This document shows, piece after piece, positions 33,414-42,669 of a DNA stretch of 64,000 nt. The translations under genes and the position numbers were made by a program. Each line of letters begins with the position of its first letter. Position 1 is the first letter of the stretch. The stretch covers positions 1,945 through 65,944 of the forward strand of contig CALMUW010000043.1 of assembly GCA_937872985.1 (NCBI GenBank), written 5' to 3'. The notes beneath the pieces were generated by a model. That model saw only the letters and a program-made list of their open reading frames with translations, was not told the DNA's origin and did not search any database. This stretch comes from an uncultured Alphaproteobacteria bacterium. Lineage in GTDB: Bacteria; Pseudomonadota; Alphaproteobacteria; Rhizobiales; Aestuariivirgaceae.

Positions 33414-34106
33414 ATGGACATTATTGCCATTCCGGCCCTGGGCTGTGGTCCCGGCCAATATGACGAGGTGGCAGGCCTGCTCGCGCCGGTCATGCCATTG
33501 CAGAGCATGGTGGTGACGGAGGACCGGTTTGCCGCCTGTGTCGCGGCAGTCCTGGCGGCAGCACCGGCGCGCTTCATCGTGATGGGCACCAGTTTCGGTG
33601 GTCGGGTTGCCATGGAGGTGGCGTTGGCCGCGCCGGACCGCGTGACGGGACTGGTGGTCATCGGGGCCAGTGCCGGACCCATCGCCGATCAGGCCGTGGG
33701 GTTGAGGCGGGGTGAGCGCATGCGCGGCGGCGAATTCGAGCAGGTGCTGGCGGAAATGGGCGACATGGTGTCTCACCTGCCGGGGCCGCGCGGAGAGGCC
33801 ACGCGGGATGATTTCATCCGCATGGCGCGCGCCATGGGGCCGGAGGGGATGGCGCGGCAATCGGATGCATTGGCCCACCGCGGCGATCTCTGGCCGCGGT
33901 TGCCGGGCTTCGCCATGCCGGTCCTGTGTCTCTGGGGGCGCGAGGACAGGTTCAGCGCCGCGGCCGATGGTCTGCGCCTGTCACAGGCCGTGCCGCGCGG
34001 GCGCTATGCCGAGATTGCCGACTGCGGCCATTTCCCCAGCCTTGAGTATCCGGCGGAAACGGCGGGGATCATCAGCCATTGGCTTGCTGATCAGAAGCTC
34101 GCATGA
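33414..34106 (+). CDS. Alpha/beta-fold hydrolase
   Basis: Trimmed to the ATG at 33414 (MDIIAIPALGCG...). Nucleophile elbow GTSFGG and a late CGHFPSLE histidine motif. The upstream part of the tracked ORF is antisense to the kinase. Confidence 0.7.
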   Translation: MDIIAIPALGCGPGQYDEVAGLLAPVMPLQSMVVTEDRFAACVAAVLAAAPARFIVMGTSFGGRVAMEVALAAPDRVTGLVVIGASAGPIADQAVGLRRGERMRGGEFEQVLAEMGDMVSHLPGPRGEATRDDFIRMARAMGPEGMARQSDALAHRGDLWPRLPGFAMPVLCLWGREDRFSAAADGLRLSQAVPRGRYAEIADCGHFPSLEYPAETAGIISHWLADQKLA

Positions 34107-34137
34107 AAAACCCGGCCTCAAGATGAGGCCGGGTTTT
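34106..34137. terminator. Bidirectional terminator between the hydrolase and cytochrome c' genes
   Basis: AAAAA-CCCGGCCTCA-aga-TGAGGCCGGG-TTTT. Confidence 0.85.
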
Positions 34138-34154
34138 CTGCGGGATGGAGTTTC

Positions 34155-34619
34155 TCACTGATCCTTGGGGCGGCGGAAGTCGTCGTGGCAGCCCTTGCAG
34201 GCACCGCCCAGGTCCTGGAAGGCGGTCTTGAAACCGGCCTCATCGGTCACCTCGGACATGACCTTCAGTGCCGAACCCAGCTTGGACGAGGCCGCGGCAA
34301 CGCCCTCGGGGTTGGTCCAGATTTCGGGCTTGGCCCAGGTTTCCACCGTGCCGGTCTGATTTTCGGGGGCGAAGACCTGGTTGTCCTTGTTGGACTTGAA
34401 GGCCGCTTGCATGATGCCGAGTTGCTCCTTCACCTTGGCGAGATCGAAGGCCACTTCACCCTTGGCCATGCCACCCATTTCCTTCATGGCCTTGCCGATG
34501 GTCTTGAAGTTTTCCTGGCGCAGCTTGATGGCCTCATCCGGCCCGGCAAGGGCGACGCCCGCACCCAGGGTAACACTCAGACCAATGATGGCGGTGGCTT
34601 TGGCAAAGGAACGCAGCAT
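34155..34619 (-). CDS. Cytochrome c' (class II cytochrome c)
   Basis: Trimmed to the ATG at 34619 (MLRSFAKATAIIGLSV... signal peptide). Four-helix-type sequence with the haem site CKGCH close to the C-terminus. Confidence 0.85.
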   Translation of the reverse strand: MLRSFAKATAIIGLSVTLGAGVALAGPDEAIKLRQENFKTIGKAMKEMGGMAKGEVAFDLAKVKEQLGIMQAAFKSNKDNQVFAPENQTGTVETWAKPEIWTNPEGVAAASSKLGSALKVMSEVTDEAGFKTAFQDLGGACKGCHDDFRRPKDQ

Positions 34620-34667
34620 TGAAGACCTCTCTTCTCGGTTGGCAGGTGGATTGTGAGATAACAAATG

Positions 34668-34683
34668 TTCCCAGTTATGGGAA
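34668..34683. promoter_or_regulatory. Perfect palindrome TTCCCA-gtta-TGGGAA upstream of the cytochrome c' gene (operator candidate)
   Basis: 16-bp dyad 49-64 nt upstream of the start codon at 34619. Confidence 0.35.
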
Positions 34684-35064
34684 TCACAGTTGTGTGTGCC
34701 GTCGTTTTATCAGGACGGACCGCTCGAGCGCATTCCGTTGCGCCTGACTTAGTAAATATTTAGCGGCTGAGCGATAGGGTGGCAAAAAAGGAATGACCAT
34801 GCACAAGGAAAAGACCACTGAAGCCGCCGCCGCCCCAATCCTGATCCGGGCTCAACGCCGCCTGTCGCCTGACCTCGACGAGGCGTTGCGCATGTTGAGG
34901 GCCTTTGAGTTGAAGATCGAGCCTGCGGCCAGGGATCAGGATTAGCGCAACGGACGATCAAATCGGAACGATTTGAGCGAGAAAAGTTGCGCCAACATAT
35001 TGATTTTCGAGCAACTTGTCGGCGGCAGTTGATTCCAACTGACCGCCGGTTTCTCTGTAAGCGT

Positions 35065-35132
35065 CCGCTCTGACTTTTTGATGGCGAGCAACCGATCTGA
35101 CTTTTGCTCAGTCCAGCAAAAGTCAGGTTGCT
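35065..35132 (+). repeat. Copy A of a ~68-bp hairpin-forming intergenic repeat
   Basis: ccgctctgactttttgatggcgagcaaccgatctgacttttgctcagtccagcaaaagtcaggttgct. About 85% identical to 57764-57831, in the same orientation. Confidence 0.85.
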
Positions 35133-35140
35133 TCAGGGTT

Positions 35141-35908
35141 TTACTGGCCCTGCCAGCGGTCGATGGCGGCAAAGAGCGTGGCCAGTCGAAGCGGCGTGAA
35201 GGCGGTTTCCGCCGATTGCAACTCGCGCGCCAGGCCGAAGATCTCCTCGGCCACAAAGGTGCGGGCCAGGCCTTCAAGACTGTGGGCGGCACGGGCCACA
35301 CATTCGCCGTCGCCGGCCTCGGCGCAGGCGGCCATGACCATGACGGCATGGCGCATTTCGCCCGCAGCGGTGGCCAGAAGCCGGGTCCATGACCCCTGCG
35401 GCAGGGCTTCGCGCAGACCTGCCAGAACTGCCACGCCATCGGCAGCGCCCGAGGGCAGGAGCAGTGCATCGACCGGGCGGCCATGGTGCGCGGCGCGCAA
35501 GTCCAGCGCCCGGTTCAGGGCGTTTTCCAGCTCGTTGCGGTTGGCGGGCTTGGGCAGGGCACAGTCGAAGGCATCGCGCCAATGGGTGGCCTCGGTGGAA
35601 TCGGCCAGGAAGGCCGAGAGCGCGAGGATGGGGGCTTCGCCGTTGCTGCCGGGCAGGGCGCGGATGCGGCGGGCAGCGGTCACCCCATCCATGACCGGCA
35701 TTTCGATGTCGAGCAGGATCACATCATAGGACGCGCTGCGGGCATGGCTGAGGGCGGCCTCGCCATCCTCCACTGCGTCCACCTGATATCCCAGCTTTTC
35801 CAGCAGGGCGGTGGTGACGATGCGTGCGGCAGGTGAGTCCTCGGCATAGAGGACCCGGCGGCCCTTGGCGGGCTTCTCATTGGGTCGATGTTTGACGGCA
35901 GCCAACAT
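35141..35908 (-). CDS. Response-regulator receiver domain fused to an Hpt phosphotransfer domain
   Basis: REC motifs (VLYAEDSPA, DVILLDIEMPVMDG, LPKP) followed by a helical C-terminus with an HSLEG motif, resembling the Hpt HxxKG. Confidence 0.75.
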   Translation of the reverse strand: MLAAVKHRPNEKPAKGRRVLYAEDSPAARIVTTALLEKLGYQVDAVEDGEAALSHARSASYDVILLDIEMPVMDGVTAARRIRALPGSNGEAPILALSAFLADSTEATHWRDAFDCALPKPANRNELENALNRALDLRAAHHGRPVDALLLPSGAADGVAVLAGLREALPQGSWTRLLATAAGEMRHAVMVMAACAEAGDGECVARAAHSLEGLARTFVAEEIFGLARELQSAETAFTPLRLATLFAAIDRWQGQ

Positions 35909-36014
35909 GAACAGCCTGGTTCCCTGTGTTTCGGGACTCAGGCTAGTGCATCAATGCTTGCTGGAATGTTTGCAATTTTACCTTTTGCGGTGTGTGCTTA
36001 ACGGACGGTAACCG

Positions 36015-36662
36015 TCACTTGGTGCCGAACATGCGGTCGCCCGCGTCGCCCAGGCCCGGCACGATGTAGCCGTGATCGTTGAGATGGCTGTCCACCGCCG
36101 CCGTGAAGACCGGCACATCGGGGTGGGTTTCATGCACATGGGTCACCCCTTCCGGTGCGGCCAGCAGGCAGACGAAGCGGATGTCCTTGGCCCCGGTTTC
36201 CTTGATGCGCTTGATGGCGGCGGCAACGGAGTTGCCGGTGGCCAGCATGGGATCGACCACGATGACGGTGCGTTCGGCAATGTCGGTGGGCAACTTCTTG
36301 TAATATTCCACGGGCTGCAGGGTCTCGGGGTTGCGATACATGCCGATGTGGCCGACGCGGGCCGAGGGCAGCAGGTCAAGCATGCCCTCCAGCAGGCCAT
36401 TGCCGGCGCGCAGCACGGAAACGATGACCAGTTTCTTGCCCAGGAGGATGGGGGCATCCATGGGCGCCACCGGCGTTTCGATGTGCTGGGTGGTCATGGG
36501 AAGGTCGCGCGTCACCTCATAGGCCAGAAGCAGGCTGATCTCGCGCAGCAGTTGGCGGAACACGGCCGAGGGTGTGTTCTTGTCGCGCATGAGCGTGAGC
36601 TTGTGCAGCACCAGGGGATGGTCAACGACGGTGAGATTGTTTTTGAAATCGCGCCGGGTCAT
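36015..36662 (-). CDS. upp: Uracil phosphoribosyltransferase
   Basis: 215 aa. [16 protein letters not shown] and the PRPP-binding [13 protein letters not shown] and [17 protein letters not shown] motifs. Confidence 0.95.
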   Translation of the reverse strand: MTRRDFKNNLTVVDHPLVLHKLTLMRDKNTPSAVFRQLLREISLLLAYEVTRDLPMTTQHIETPVAPMDAPILLGKKLVIVSVLRAGNGLLEGMLDLLPSARVGHIGMYRNPETLQPVEYYKKLPTDIAERTVIVVDPMLATGNSVAAAIKRIKETGAKDIRFVCLLAAPEGVTHVHETHPDVPVFTAAVDSHLNDHGYIVPGLGDAGDRMFGTK

Positions 36663-36828
36663 GGCAGTCTCCAGAAAGGGGTCGCGGCATATTCGGCGCA
36701 GCGCGGGACGGGCTCAAGCCTTGGCCTGCGGCCATGCACCGTTTTCACCATCGTGCGGCCGCCCCTTGCAGGCGGCGGTCGCCAGCCCTATGTTAAGTAA
36801 CATTGATAGTTACGTATCGGAGGCGACC

Positions 36829-37314
36829 ATGGATTTTCCGCCGCTGCCTGCGGGCACGCGCATCGGCCATGTGCATTTGAAGGTGGCTGACGTGGAGCGC
36901 GCCCTGGCCTTCTATTGCGGGGCGCTCGGCTTCACCCTGACCCAGCGATATGGGCCGGATGCGGCCTTTGTCTCGGCGGGGGGCTATCATCACCACATCG
37001 GGCTGAACAGCTGGGGAAACAAGGGCGGCAGACCGCCTGCGCCCCAGGCCCCCGGGGCCTATCACACCGCCATTCTCTATCCGGCGCGGGCTGACCTGGG
37101 CCGGGCGCTGAAACGGCTCCTGGCCCATGGCGTGGCGCTGGAGGGGGCGGCTGACCATGGTGTGTCCGAGGCGCTCTATCTTCGTGATCCCGATGGCAAT
37201 GGCGTCGAACTTTACTGGGACAAGCCGGAAGCCGAATGGCCGCGCACCGCCGATGGCAGCCTGGCCATGGTCACGCGCCGTCTTGACCTCAACGACCTGC
37301 TTGCGGCGGCGTGA
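36829..37314 (+). CDS. VOC/glyoxalase-family protein (extradiol dioxygenase-like fold)
   Basis: Trimmed to the ATG at 36829. IGHVHLKVADVERALAFY and SEALYLRDPDGNGVELY are typical VOC motifs. Confidence 0.75.
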   Translation: MDFPPLPAGTRIGHVHLKVADVERALAFYCGALGFTLTQRYGPDAAFVSAGGYHHHIGLNSWGNKGGRPPAPQAPGAYHTAILYPARADLGRALKRLLAHGVALEGAADHGVSEALYLRDPDGNGVELYWDKPEAEWPRTADGSLAMVTRRLDLNDLLAAA

Positions 37315-37320
37315 GGCGTC

Positions 37321-39321
37321 TCACGCGCTGATGACGGTCCGGCTTTCGCCTTCCGCCGCATGGCGGAAGTCAGCGCCGGTCATGGGCCGGCCGAAATAAT
37401 AGCCTTGCGCAAAGCCGCAACCCAGGGCGTGAATGATGCCGGCCTGTTCTTCGGTTTCCACGCCTTCGGCCAGACTGGCAAAACCAAGATTGCGCGCGAG
37501 ATCGATGACGCTTTTGACGATGGAGCGTGCCGTGCGGTTTTCGGCAATGTCGGCGATAAAGCGGCTGTCGATCTTCACCTTGTCGAGCGGCAGGCGGTGG
37601 ACATAGCCGAGGCTGGAATAACCGGTGCCGAAGTCATCAAGGGCGATGCGCAGCCCGATGTTGCGCAGCCGGGTGAGGGCTGCCAGGGCCTGATCAAAAT
37701 CGGCCATGAGGGCGGTTTCCGTCACTTCAAATTCAATGCGGCGCGGATTGATGCCGCTCTTCAGCGTGATGGCTGCGAGATGCAGAATGGTTTCATGCGA
37801 GGCAATGTCGCGGGCTGAAAGATTGAAGGACAGGCCCACCGACTTCGGCCACAGCTGCATTTCCGTGAGCGCCTTGCGGTAGAGCAGGACCGTGATGCGG
37901 TTGATGAGATTGGATCGCTCGGCGGCCTTGATGAACTGGACGGGGCTGACCGCACCGAGTGTGGGATTATTCCACCGGGCCAGAGCCTCGGCGCCGGTGA
38001 TGCGGCCGGTTTCGAGATCGATGATGGGCTGATAGAGCAGTGACAACTCCTGGTCGAGATCGGCATTGCGCAGGAGCTGGTCGACCTGATTCAGCCGCTT
38101 GATTTCCACGGCATGATCGAGGCTGAAGATGACCGCCGTGCCGCTGGCCTTTTGCTTGGCCTGATAGAGGGCATAGTCGGCGTTCTCGATGAGGCGCTCG
38201 ACCGTGTCGCCGGCATCGGGATGAATGGCAAAGCCGATGGACGCGGAGATTTCTGCGGTCACTTCGGGCATGACATAGGCCTGGCGCAGGATGGCGCAGA
38301 TCTCGCGGCCAAAATTATCCACCTCGGCCTGATGCGCGGCCCCCTTGAGCAAGACACCGAATTCATCACCGCCAAGGCGGGCAAAGAAGGCCTCCCAGCC
38401 GGGATAGGTGATGAGGCGGCGACTTGCCTCCATCAGAAGCTGGTCGCCCACCTGGTGGCCATAGAGATCGTTGACGGCCTTAAAACCATCGAGATCGATG
38501 AGGCCCACCGCCACCGGAGCGCCACTCGCCCTGGCCAAGTCAATCTCACGTTCGATGGCGGCAAAGAAGCTGCGGCGGTTGGGCAGGCCGGTGAGGCTGT
38601 CGCTGTTGGCCAGACGCATGTTCTCGCTGATGAGACGTTCGGCCTCCACCTGACGCCGGCTCAGTTCGGTGCGCTGCTCCACCATCCGGGCAAAGTCACG
38701 GTAGTGGGTGATGACAATCATGATCATCGTCAGACTCACCAGCACCACGTTGGCGGCAATGGCGATGAGCACCGGCTGGTTCTGGCTCATGAAAAACCAG
38801 GCAAAGGGAATGAGCACGATGAGATTGAGCAAGAGGGCCGCCGCCCGGACATGCATGAGGCAGAAGACACAGGCGATCAGCGTGATCGCCATGAAGAAGG
38901 TGACGTGCAACTGCTGAAAGGTGTTGCCATAGGGATAGAGGGCAATCCCCCAGAATGTGAAGGCCAGGCCAAAACCGCCGACCATCATCACCGTGGACTG
39001 CAGGCGGGCCACGGCAGCCTCATGCGCAAGGTTGAGGCGAGGAACCCGGAGCCAGGACCAGATGCGCACGATGCAGAGAACGGTGAGGATGGCCGGAATG
39101 TAAATGGCAAGCCAAGGAGGGGCGACATTGACGTGGGTGGCGGCGACGAAGAGCGTGTTGGCCAGCAGGACGAAATAGAGCAGCGGAAGCTGCTTGGAAA
39201 AGGCGGTGATCTGGGCCGCAATAAGCTCGGGATTCCCGGCGGGAACCGTGAACAGGGCAAATAGAGATTTGAGCCAGGACTTAGCCGTCACCGAGGCCTC
39301 CCCGCCGGGGCATAGCAGCAA
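37321..39321 (-). CDS. Membrane-anchored GGDEF-EAL (diguanylate cyclase/phosphodiesterase) protein
   Basis: N-terminal multi-TM sensor region, RLGGDEFGV GGDEF motif, EALARW EAL motif and DDFGTGYSSL. The exact start is uncertain. Confidence 0.85.
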   Translation of the reverse strand: MLLCPGGEASVTAKSWLKSLFALFTVPAGNPELIAAQITAFSKQLPLLYFVLLANTLFVAATHVNVAPPWLAIYIPAILTVLCIVRIWSWLRVPRLNLAHEAAVARLQSTVMMVGGFGLAFTFWGIALYPYGNTFQQLHVTFFMAITLIACVFCLMHVRAAALLLNLIVLIPFAWFFMSQNQPVLIAIAANVVLVSLTMIMIVITHYRDFARMVEQRTELSRRQVEAERLISENMRLANSDSLTGLPNRRSFFAAIEREIDLARASGAPVAVGLIDLDGFKAVNDLYGHQVGDQLLMEASRRLITYPGWEAFFARLGGDEFGVLLKGAAHQAEVDNFGREICAILRQAYVMPEVTAEISASIGFAIHPDAGDTVERLIENADYALYQAKQKASGTAVIFSLDHAVEIKRLNQVDQLLRNADLDQELSLLYQPIIDLETGRITGAEALARWNNPTLGAVSPVQFIKAAERSNLINRITVLLYRKALTEMQLWPKSVGLSFNLSARDIASHETILHLAAITLKSGINPRRIEFEVTETALMADFDQALAALTRLRNIGLRIALDDFGTGYSSLGYVHRLPLDKVKIDSRFIADIAENRTARSIVKSVIDLARNLGFASLAEGVETEEQAGIIHALGCGFAQGYYFGRPMTGADFRHAAEGESRTVISA

Positions 39322-39381
39322 AGGCTTAATGGGTCTTTGCCCGGCGGCCTTAACAAAGTCCTAAAGGCACCAGTGGCGGCC

Positions 39382-40494
39382 TCAGGCGAGGCGCTGCAAA
39401 ACCTCGGGCAGCGCCGTGGCCAGACGGTTCAATTGGGCTTCGGTGCCAACGGAAATACGCACACAGCGATTGAGCGGGGCAACACCGGGCATGCGGATGA
39501 AGACGCCGTGTTCCAGCAGGCCATCGACGACAGCGCGGGCGAAGGTGCCGTCGCGGCCACAATCCACGGCGACAAAATTGGCAGCCGAGGGCAGGGCGGC
39601 AAGCCCGTTGGCGCTGGCGATGGTGTAAATCTGCTCGCGGGCCAGGCCCACCTTCCGCTGGACCTGGGCGAGCCAGTCCTGATCGGCCAGGGCGGCAAGA
39701 GCCGCCACCTGCGCCAGGCGGGTCATGCCGAAATGGTTCCGGATCCTGTCGAAGGCGCCGATGACGTCGCGATGGCCGATGCAATAGCCGACGCGCAGAC
39801 CCGCCATGCCATAGGCCTTGGAAAAGGTGCGGAAGCGCAACACATTGGGCCGCGTCGCATCCAGCGGTGGCATGGTGCCGGGCGGCGCGAATTCGCCATA
39901 GGCCTCATCCAGCATCAACATGGTGCTTTCCGGCGTGGCGTCGATCAGGCGCTGCACTTCGGCAGCGGGCCAGCAGGTGGCCATGGGATTGTCGGGATTG
40001 GCGAAGTAGATGATCCGGGCGTCCTCGCGCCGGGCCAGGGCCAGCAGGCTTTCCGGGTCTTCGCGGTCGTTGACATAGGGCGTGGTGGCAAGCCGGCCGC
40101 CAAAGCCCGCCACATGATAGTTGAAGGTGGGATAGGCGCCGAGCGAGGTTGCCACGGCATCGCCGGGATTGAGAAAAAGGCGGACGGCATAGCCAAAGAG
40201 GCCGTCGATGCCTTCGCCGATGGTGATGTTTTCCGGCGCCACGCAGAGATGGCTGGCCAGGGCCTGCTTCAGATCGTGGTTCTCGGGATCGCCATATTGC
40301 CAGACCTCCCCCGCCGCCGCCTGCATGGCGGCAATGGCCCGGGGCGAGGGACCGAAGACATTTTCATTGGCGCCGATGCGTGCGGCAATGGCGTGGCCGG
40401 TGCGCCGGGTCAGGGCCTCTGGCCCGACAAAGGGCACGGTCGAGGGCAGGCTGTCGATGAGGGCGGTGAAGGGCGGATGAGTCATGAAGCGCAT
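39382..40494 (-). CDS. hisC: Histidinol-phosphate aminotransferase-family (class II) aminotransferase
   Basis: Trimmed to the ATG at 40494 (or 40485). ANENVFGPSP, FANPDNP and FRTFSKAYGMAGLRVGY motifs. The tracked N-terminal 117 codons run across the tRNA fragment and toward the integrase. Confidence 0.8.
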   Translation of the reverse strand: MRFMTHPPFTALIDSLPSTVPFVGPEALTRRTGHAIAARIGANENVFGPSPRAIAAMQAAAGEVWQYGDPENHDLKQALASHLCVAPENITIGEGIDGLFGYAVRLFLNPGDAVATSLGAYPTFNYHVAGFGGRLATTPYVNDREDPESLLALARREDARIIYFANPDNPMATCWPAAEVQRLIDATPESTMLMLDEAYGEFAPPGTMPPLDATRPNVLRFRTFSKAYGMAGLRVGYCIGHRDVIGAFDRIRNHFGMTRLAQVAALAALADQDWLAQVQRKVGLAREQIYTIASANGLAALPSAANFVAVDCGRDGTFARAVVDGLLEHGVFIRMPGVAPLNRCVRISVGTEAQLNRLATALPEVLQRLA

Positions 40495-40550
40495 GATGGA
40501 CGCAGCCGCGGCCCCGGCGCAAGGCGACAAAGGGGGCAATGGCGTTGGAG

Positions 40551-40595
40551 TGGCGTCCCGGAAGGGATTCGAACCCCTGACCCCAGGTTTAGGAA
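40551..40595 (-). pseudogene. 3' portion (positions 32-76) of the disrupted host tRNA-Arg(CCT) gene
   Basis: The reverse complement reads TTCCTAA-ACCTG-GGGTC-AGGGGTTCGAATCCCTT-CCGGGAC-G-CCA. There is no 5' half next to it. Confidence 0.9.
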
Positions 40596-40738
40596 TAAGG
40601 TCATAGTACGTCGATCCAGTGCCGGTCCGTGCGAATTGTTGGTTCGCAAACAGCACCTTACACGACATCATCGCTAATCGAAAGCCGATCCTGAGCGATC
40701 TGTTTTCGGTGTCTGACACAGTGTTCGGAGCGAGAAAA

Positions 40739-41908
40739 ATGGCTGTTGTGAATTTGACCGAGGCGCGCATCCGCGACCTCGAATATGGGTCCGGCATCTG
40801 GCGGGACGAACAGGTCAAGGGCCTGATGGTGATCTGCCATGCCACGACAAAGTCCTATGCCGTCCAGGGCGACGTGCGGCGGAACGGGCGGCATGTCCGC
40901 ACGGTCCGGGTGAAGATCGACCGGGTGGACCGGATGGGCCTGAGGGAGGCGCGGCGCAAAGCCAAGGAGCTGATGAGCACCATCCAGTCCGGTGTCGATC
41001 CCACGGCCCGTCCGCAGGAGAGCGGCATCACGCTCTCGCAGGCATTGGAAAAACACCTGGGCGAGAAGCCGTTCCGGGAAGCCACCGAGATCAGCTACCG
41101 CTACAACGTCGATCACTATCTTGTAAGGTGGAAGAACAAGGCAATTGCCGATCTTACACGGACGGACGTGCGGGACTTCTATGACACGCTCCGCTCAAAG
41201 AGCGGGCAGACGACGGCGACCTGTGTGCTGCGCACCCTTCGCGCCGTCATCAATACCGCCATGCGGCTCGACGAGACGCTCGTCTCGAACCCTGTCACCG
41301 CGATCCGCATTCCCAATCCGCCGAACCGGCAGGTGGGCGCCATCGACCTTGCAGCGTGGTGGGCCGAGACTGAAACGCTGAGCCCCATTCGCCGCGACCT
41401 GCACCGGGCCTTCCTGCTGACGGGTGCACGCCGGACCTCGCTTCTCACCGTGCGGCGCGATGACGTGGACCTTGAACGGGGCACGATGCATTTCCGGCAC
41501 TTGAAGGTTGGCGGGCAGATGTTGTTCCCGATGGGGAAGTGGCTCACCTCCGTCATCAAGGCCCGCATGGAGGAGGATGCACCGCTCAATTCACCGTGGC
41601 TGTGGTCTTCGCCGACGAGTGCGAGCGGCCGTGTGGAAGAACCCAAGGAAGGCCGCAAGGACCTGCCCAGCCCCCATGAATACCGCCACCTCGCCCGCAC
41701 CATGTTCATTGCGGCGGGTGTTCCCTATGCCGAAAGCGCGCTGCTTCTTGGGCAGAAACTGCCCGGTGCCTCGGGCGGCTATGTTCATGCCGAACACCTG
41801 GTCGAGCACCTGAGACCGATGACGCAGGCGCTGGAAGACAAGGTGCTGGCGGGAAGGCCGAAGCTGCTGCCGGCCCCTCAGGCGGATGGGCTCGACCATG
41901 CCGCGTAA
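40739..41908 (+). CDS. int: Tyrosine-type site-specific integrase (P4-like, N-terminal Arm/DUF4102-type domain)
   Basis: Trimmed to the ATG at 40739 (MAVVNLTEARIRDL...). The C-terminal catalytic region shows ARRTSLL, HEYRHLARTM and a late Y in GGYVH. 144 nt from the att core. Confidence 0.85.
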   Translation: MAVVNLTEARIRDLEYGSGIWRDEQVKGLMVICHATTKSYAVQGDVRRNGRHVRTVRVKIDRVDRMGLREARRKAKELMSTIQSGVDPTARPQESGITLSQALEKHLGEKPFREATEISYRYNVDHYLVRWKNKAIADLTRTDVRDFYDTLRSKSGQTTATCVLRTLRAVINTAMRLDETLVSNPVTAIRIPNPPNRQVGAIDLAAWWAETETLSPIRRDLHRAFLLTGARRTSLLTVRRDDVDLERGTMHFRHLKVGGQMLFPMGKWLTSVIKARMEEDAPLNSPWLWSSPTSASGRVEEPKEGRKDLPSPHEYRHLARTMFIAAGVPYAESALLLGQKLPGASGGYVHAEHLVEHLRPMTQALEDKVLAGRPKLLPAPQADGLDHAA

Positions 41909-42212
41909 GACCCGGACGCCGGATGACGAATTGCCGCCGGCACCGAACCAGAAGGAAAGGCCCGCAAAGCGACAAGGCCGCATCACCCTGGAAGATGTCG
42001 AGAGGACCGTGAAGTGGCTATTCGACATGCACCGCACCACCCCCTGGTTCGACACCGAAGCCGCTGCCGCCTATCTCAGGCGGGAGCCGGGAACGCTCAA
42101 AGGCTGGCGATCCAAGGGCGAAGGCCCGAAGTTCTACACCGTGAACGACAAGTTCATCCGCTATCACCTGGATGACCTTGACGCCTATGTGCGGGGAAAG
42201 GCGCGCCAGTAA
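41886..42212 (+). CDS. AlpA/Xis-like helix-turn-helix DNA-binding protein (paralog 1)
   Basis: PWFDTEAAAAYLRREPGTLKGWRSKGEGPKFYTVNDKFIRYHLDDLDAYV matches the HTH_17/excisionase pattern. An alternative start lies at 41898. Confidence 0.7.
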   Translation: MGSTMPRKTRTPDDELPPAPNQKERPAKRQGRITLEDVERTVKWLFDMHRTTPWFDTEAAAAYLRREPGTLKGWRSKGEGPKFYTVNDKFIRYHLDDLDAYVRGKARQ

Positions 42213-42426
42213 CTCCCGGTTGCGTCATTCAGCCACGCCCACGCAAACCCGAGAAACGTTGATGCCCATGAACCGGAAAAGGTGATCATTAGACGACGCG
42301 CGAGATTTCGAGGAAGCCCGAAAGGCATCTCGCGTGACCGGTGAAGCCGGTCTCCTCAGACAGAAAACCAGACGTCTGAACCTTGCCCTTCGGCTGAACC
42401 CGAATGGCAAAACGGAGACCCATACG

Positions 42427-42669
42427 ATGACATCATCCCTGACACGGCAGGATGTCGAAGACGCCCTGAAGCGCGTTCTCGACAGCCACAACCGCAGTCC
42501 CTGGCTCGATACCGAAGGGGCCGCCGTCTATATCGGCTCGACCCCCGGCACGATGCGCACCTGGCGTGCCGCAGGCGGAGGCCCGCGCTACCACGCCATT
42601 CACGGCAAGTCGGTGCGCTACCATGTGACCGATCTCGACGCCTTCATTCGCGGGGAGGTGGCACGATGA
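42427..42669 (+). CDS. AlpA/Xis-like helix-turn-helix DNA-binding protein (paralog 2)
   Basis: PWLDTEGAAVYIGSTPGTMRTWRAAGGGPRYHAIHGKSVRYHVTDLDAFI aligns position for position with paralog 1. ATG at 42427 (the tracked GTG at 42334 is also possible). ATGA overlap with the next gene. Confidence 0.7.
   Translation: MTSSLTRQDVEDALKRVLDSHNRSPWLDTEGAAVYIGSTPGTMRTWRAAGGGPRYHAIHGKSVRYHVTDLDAFIRGEVAR

Noticed and set aside
34942-35484. 180-aa minus-strand ORF spanning the hairpin repeat and part of the REC-Hpt gene
   Set aside because: It overlaps the REC-Hpt gene in another frame, reads through the intergenic repeat, and has a non-protein-like composition.
38113-40677. Plus-strand ORFs of 383 and 446 aa
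   Set aside because: They are antisense to the GGDEF-EAL gene and hisC, respectively.
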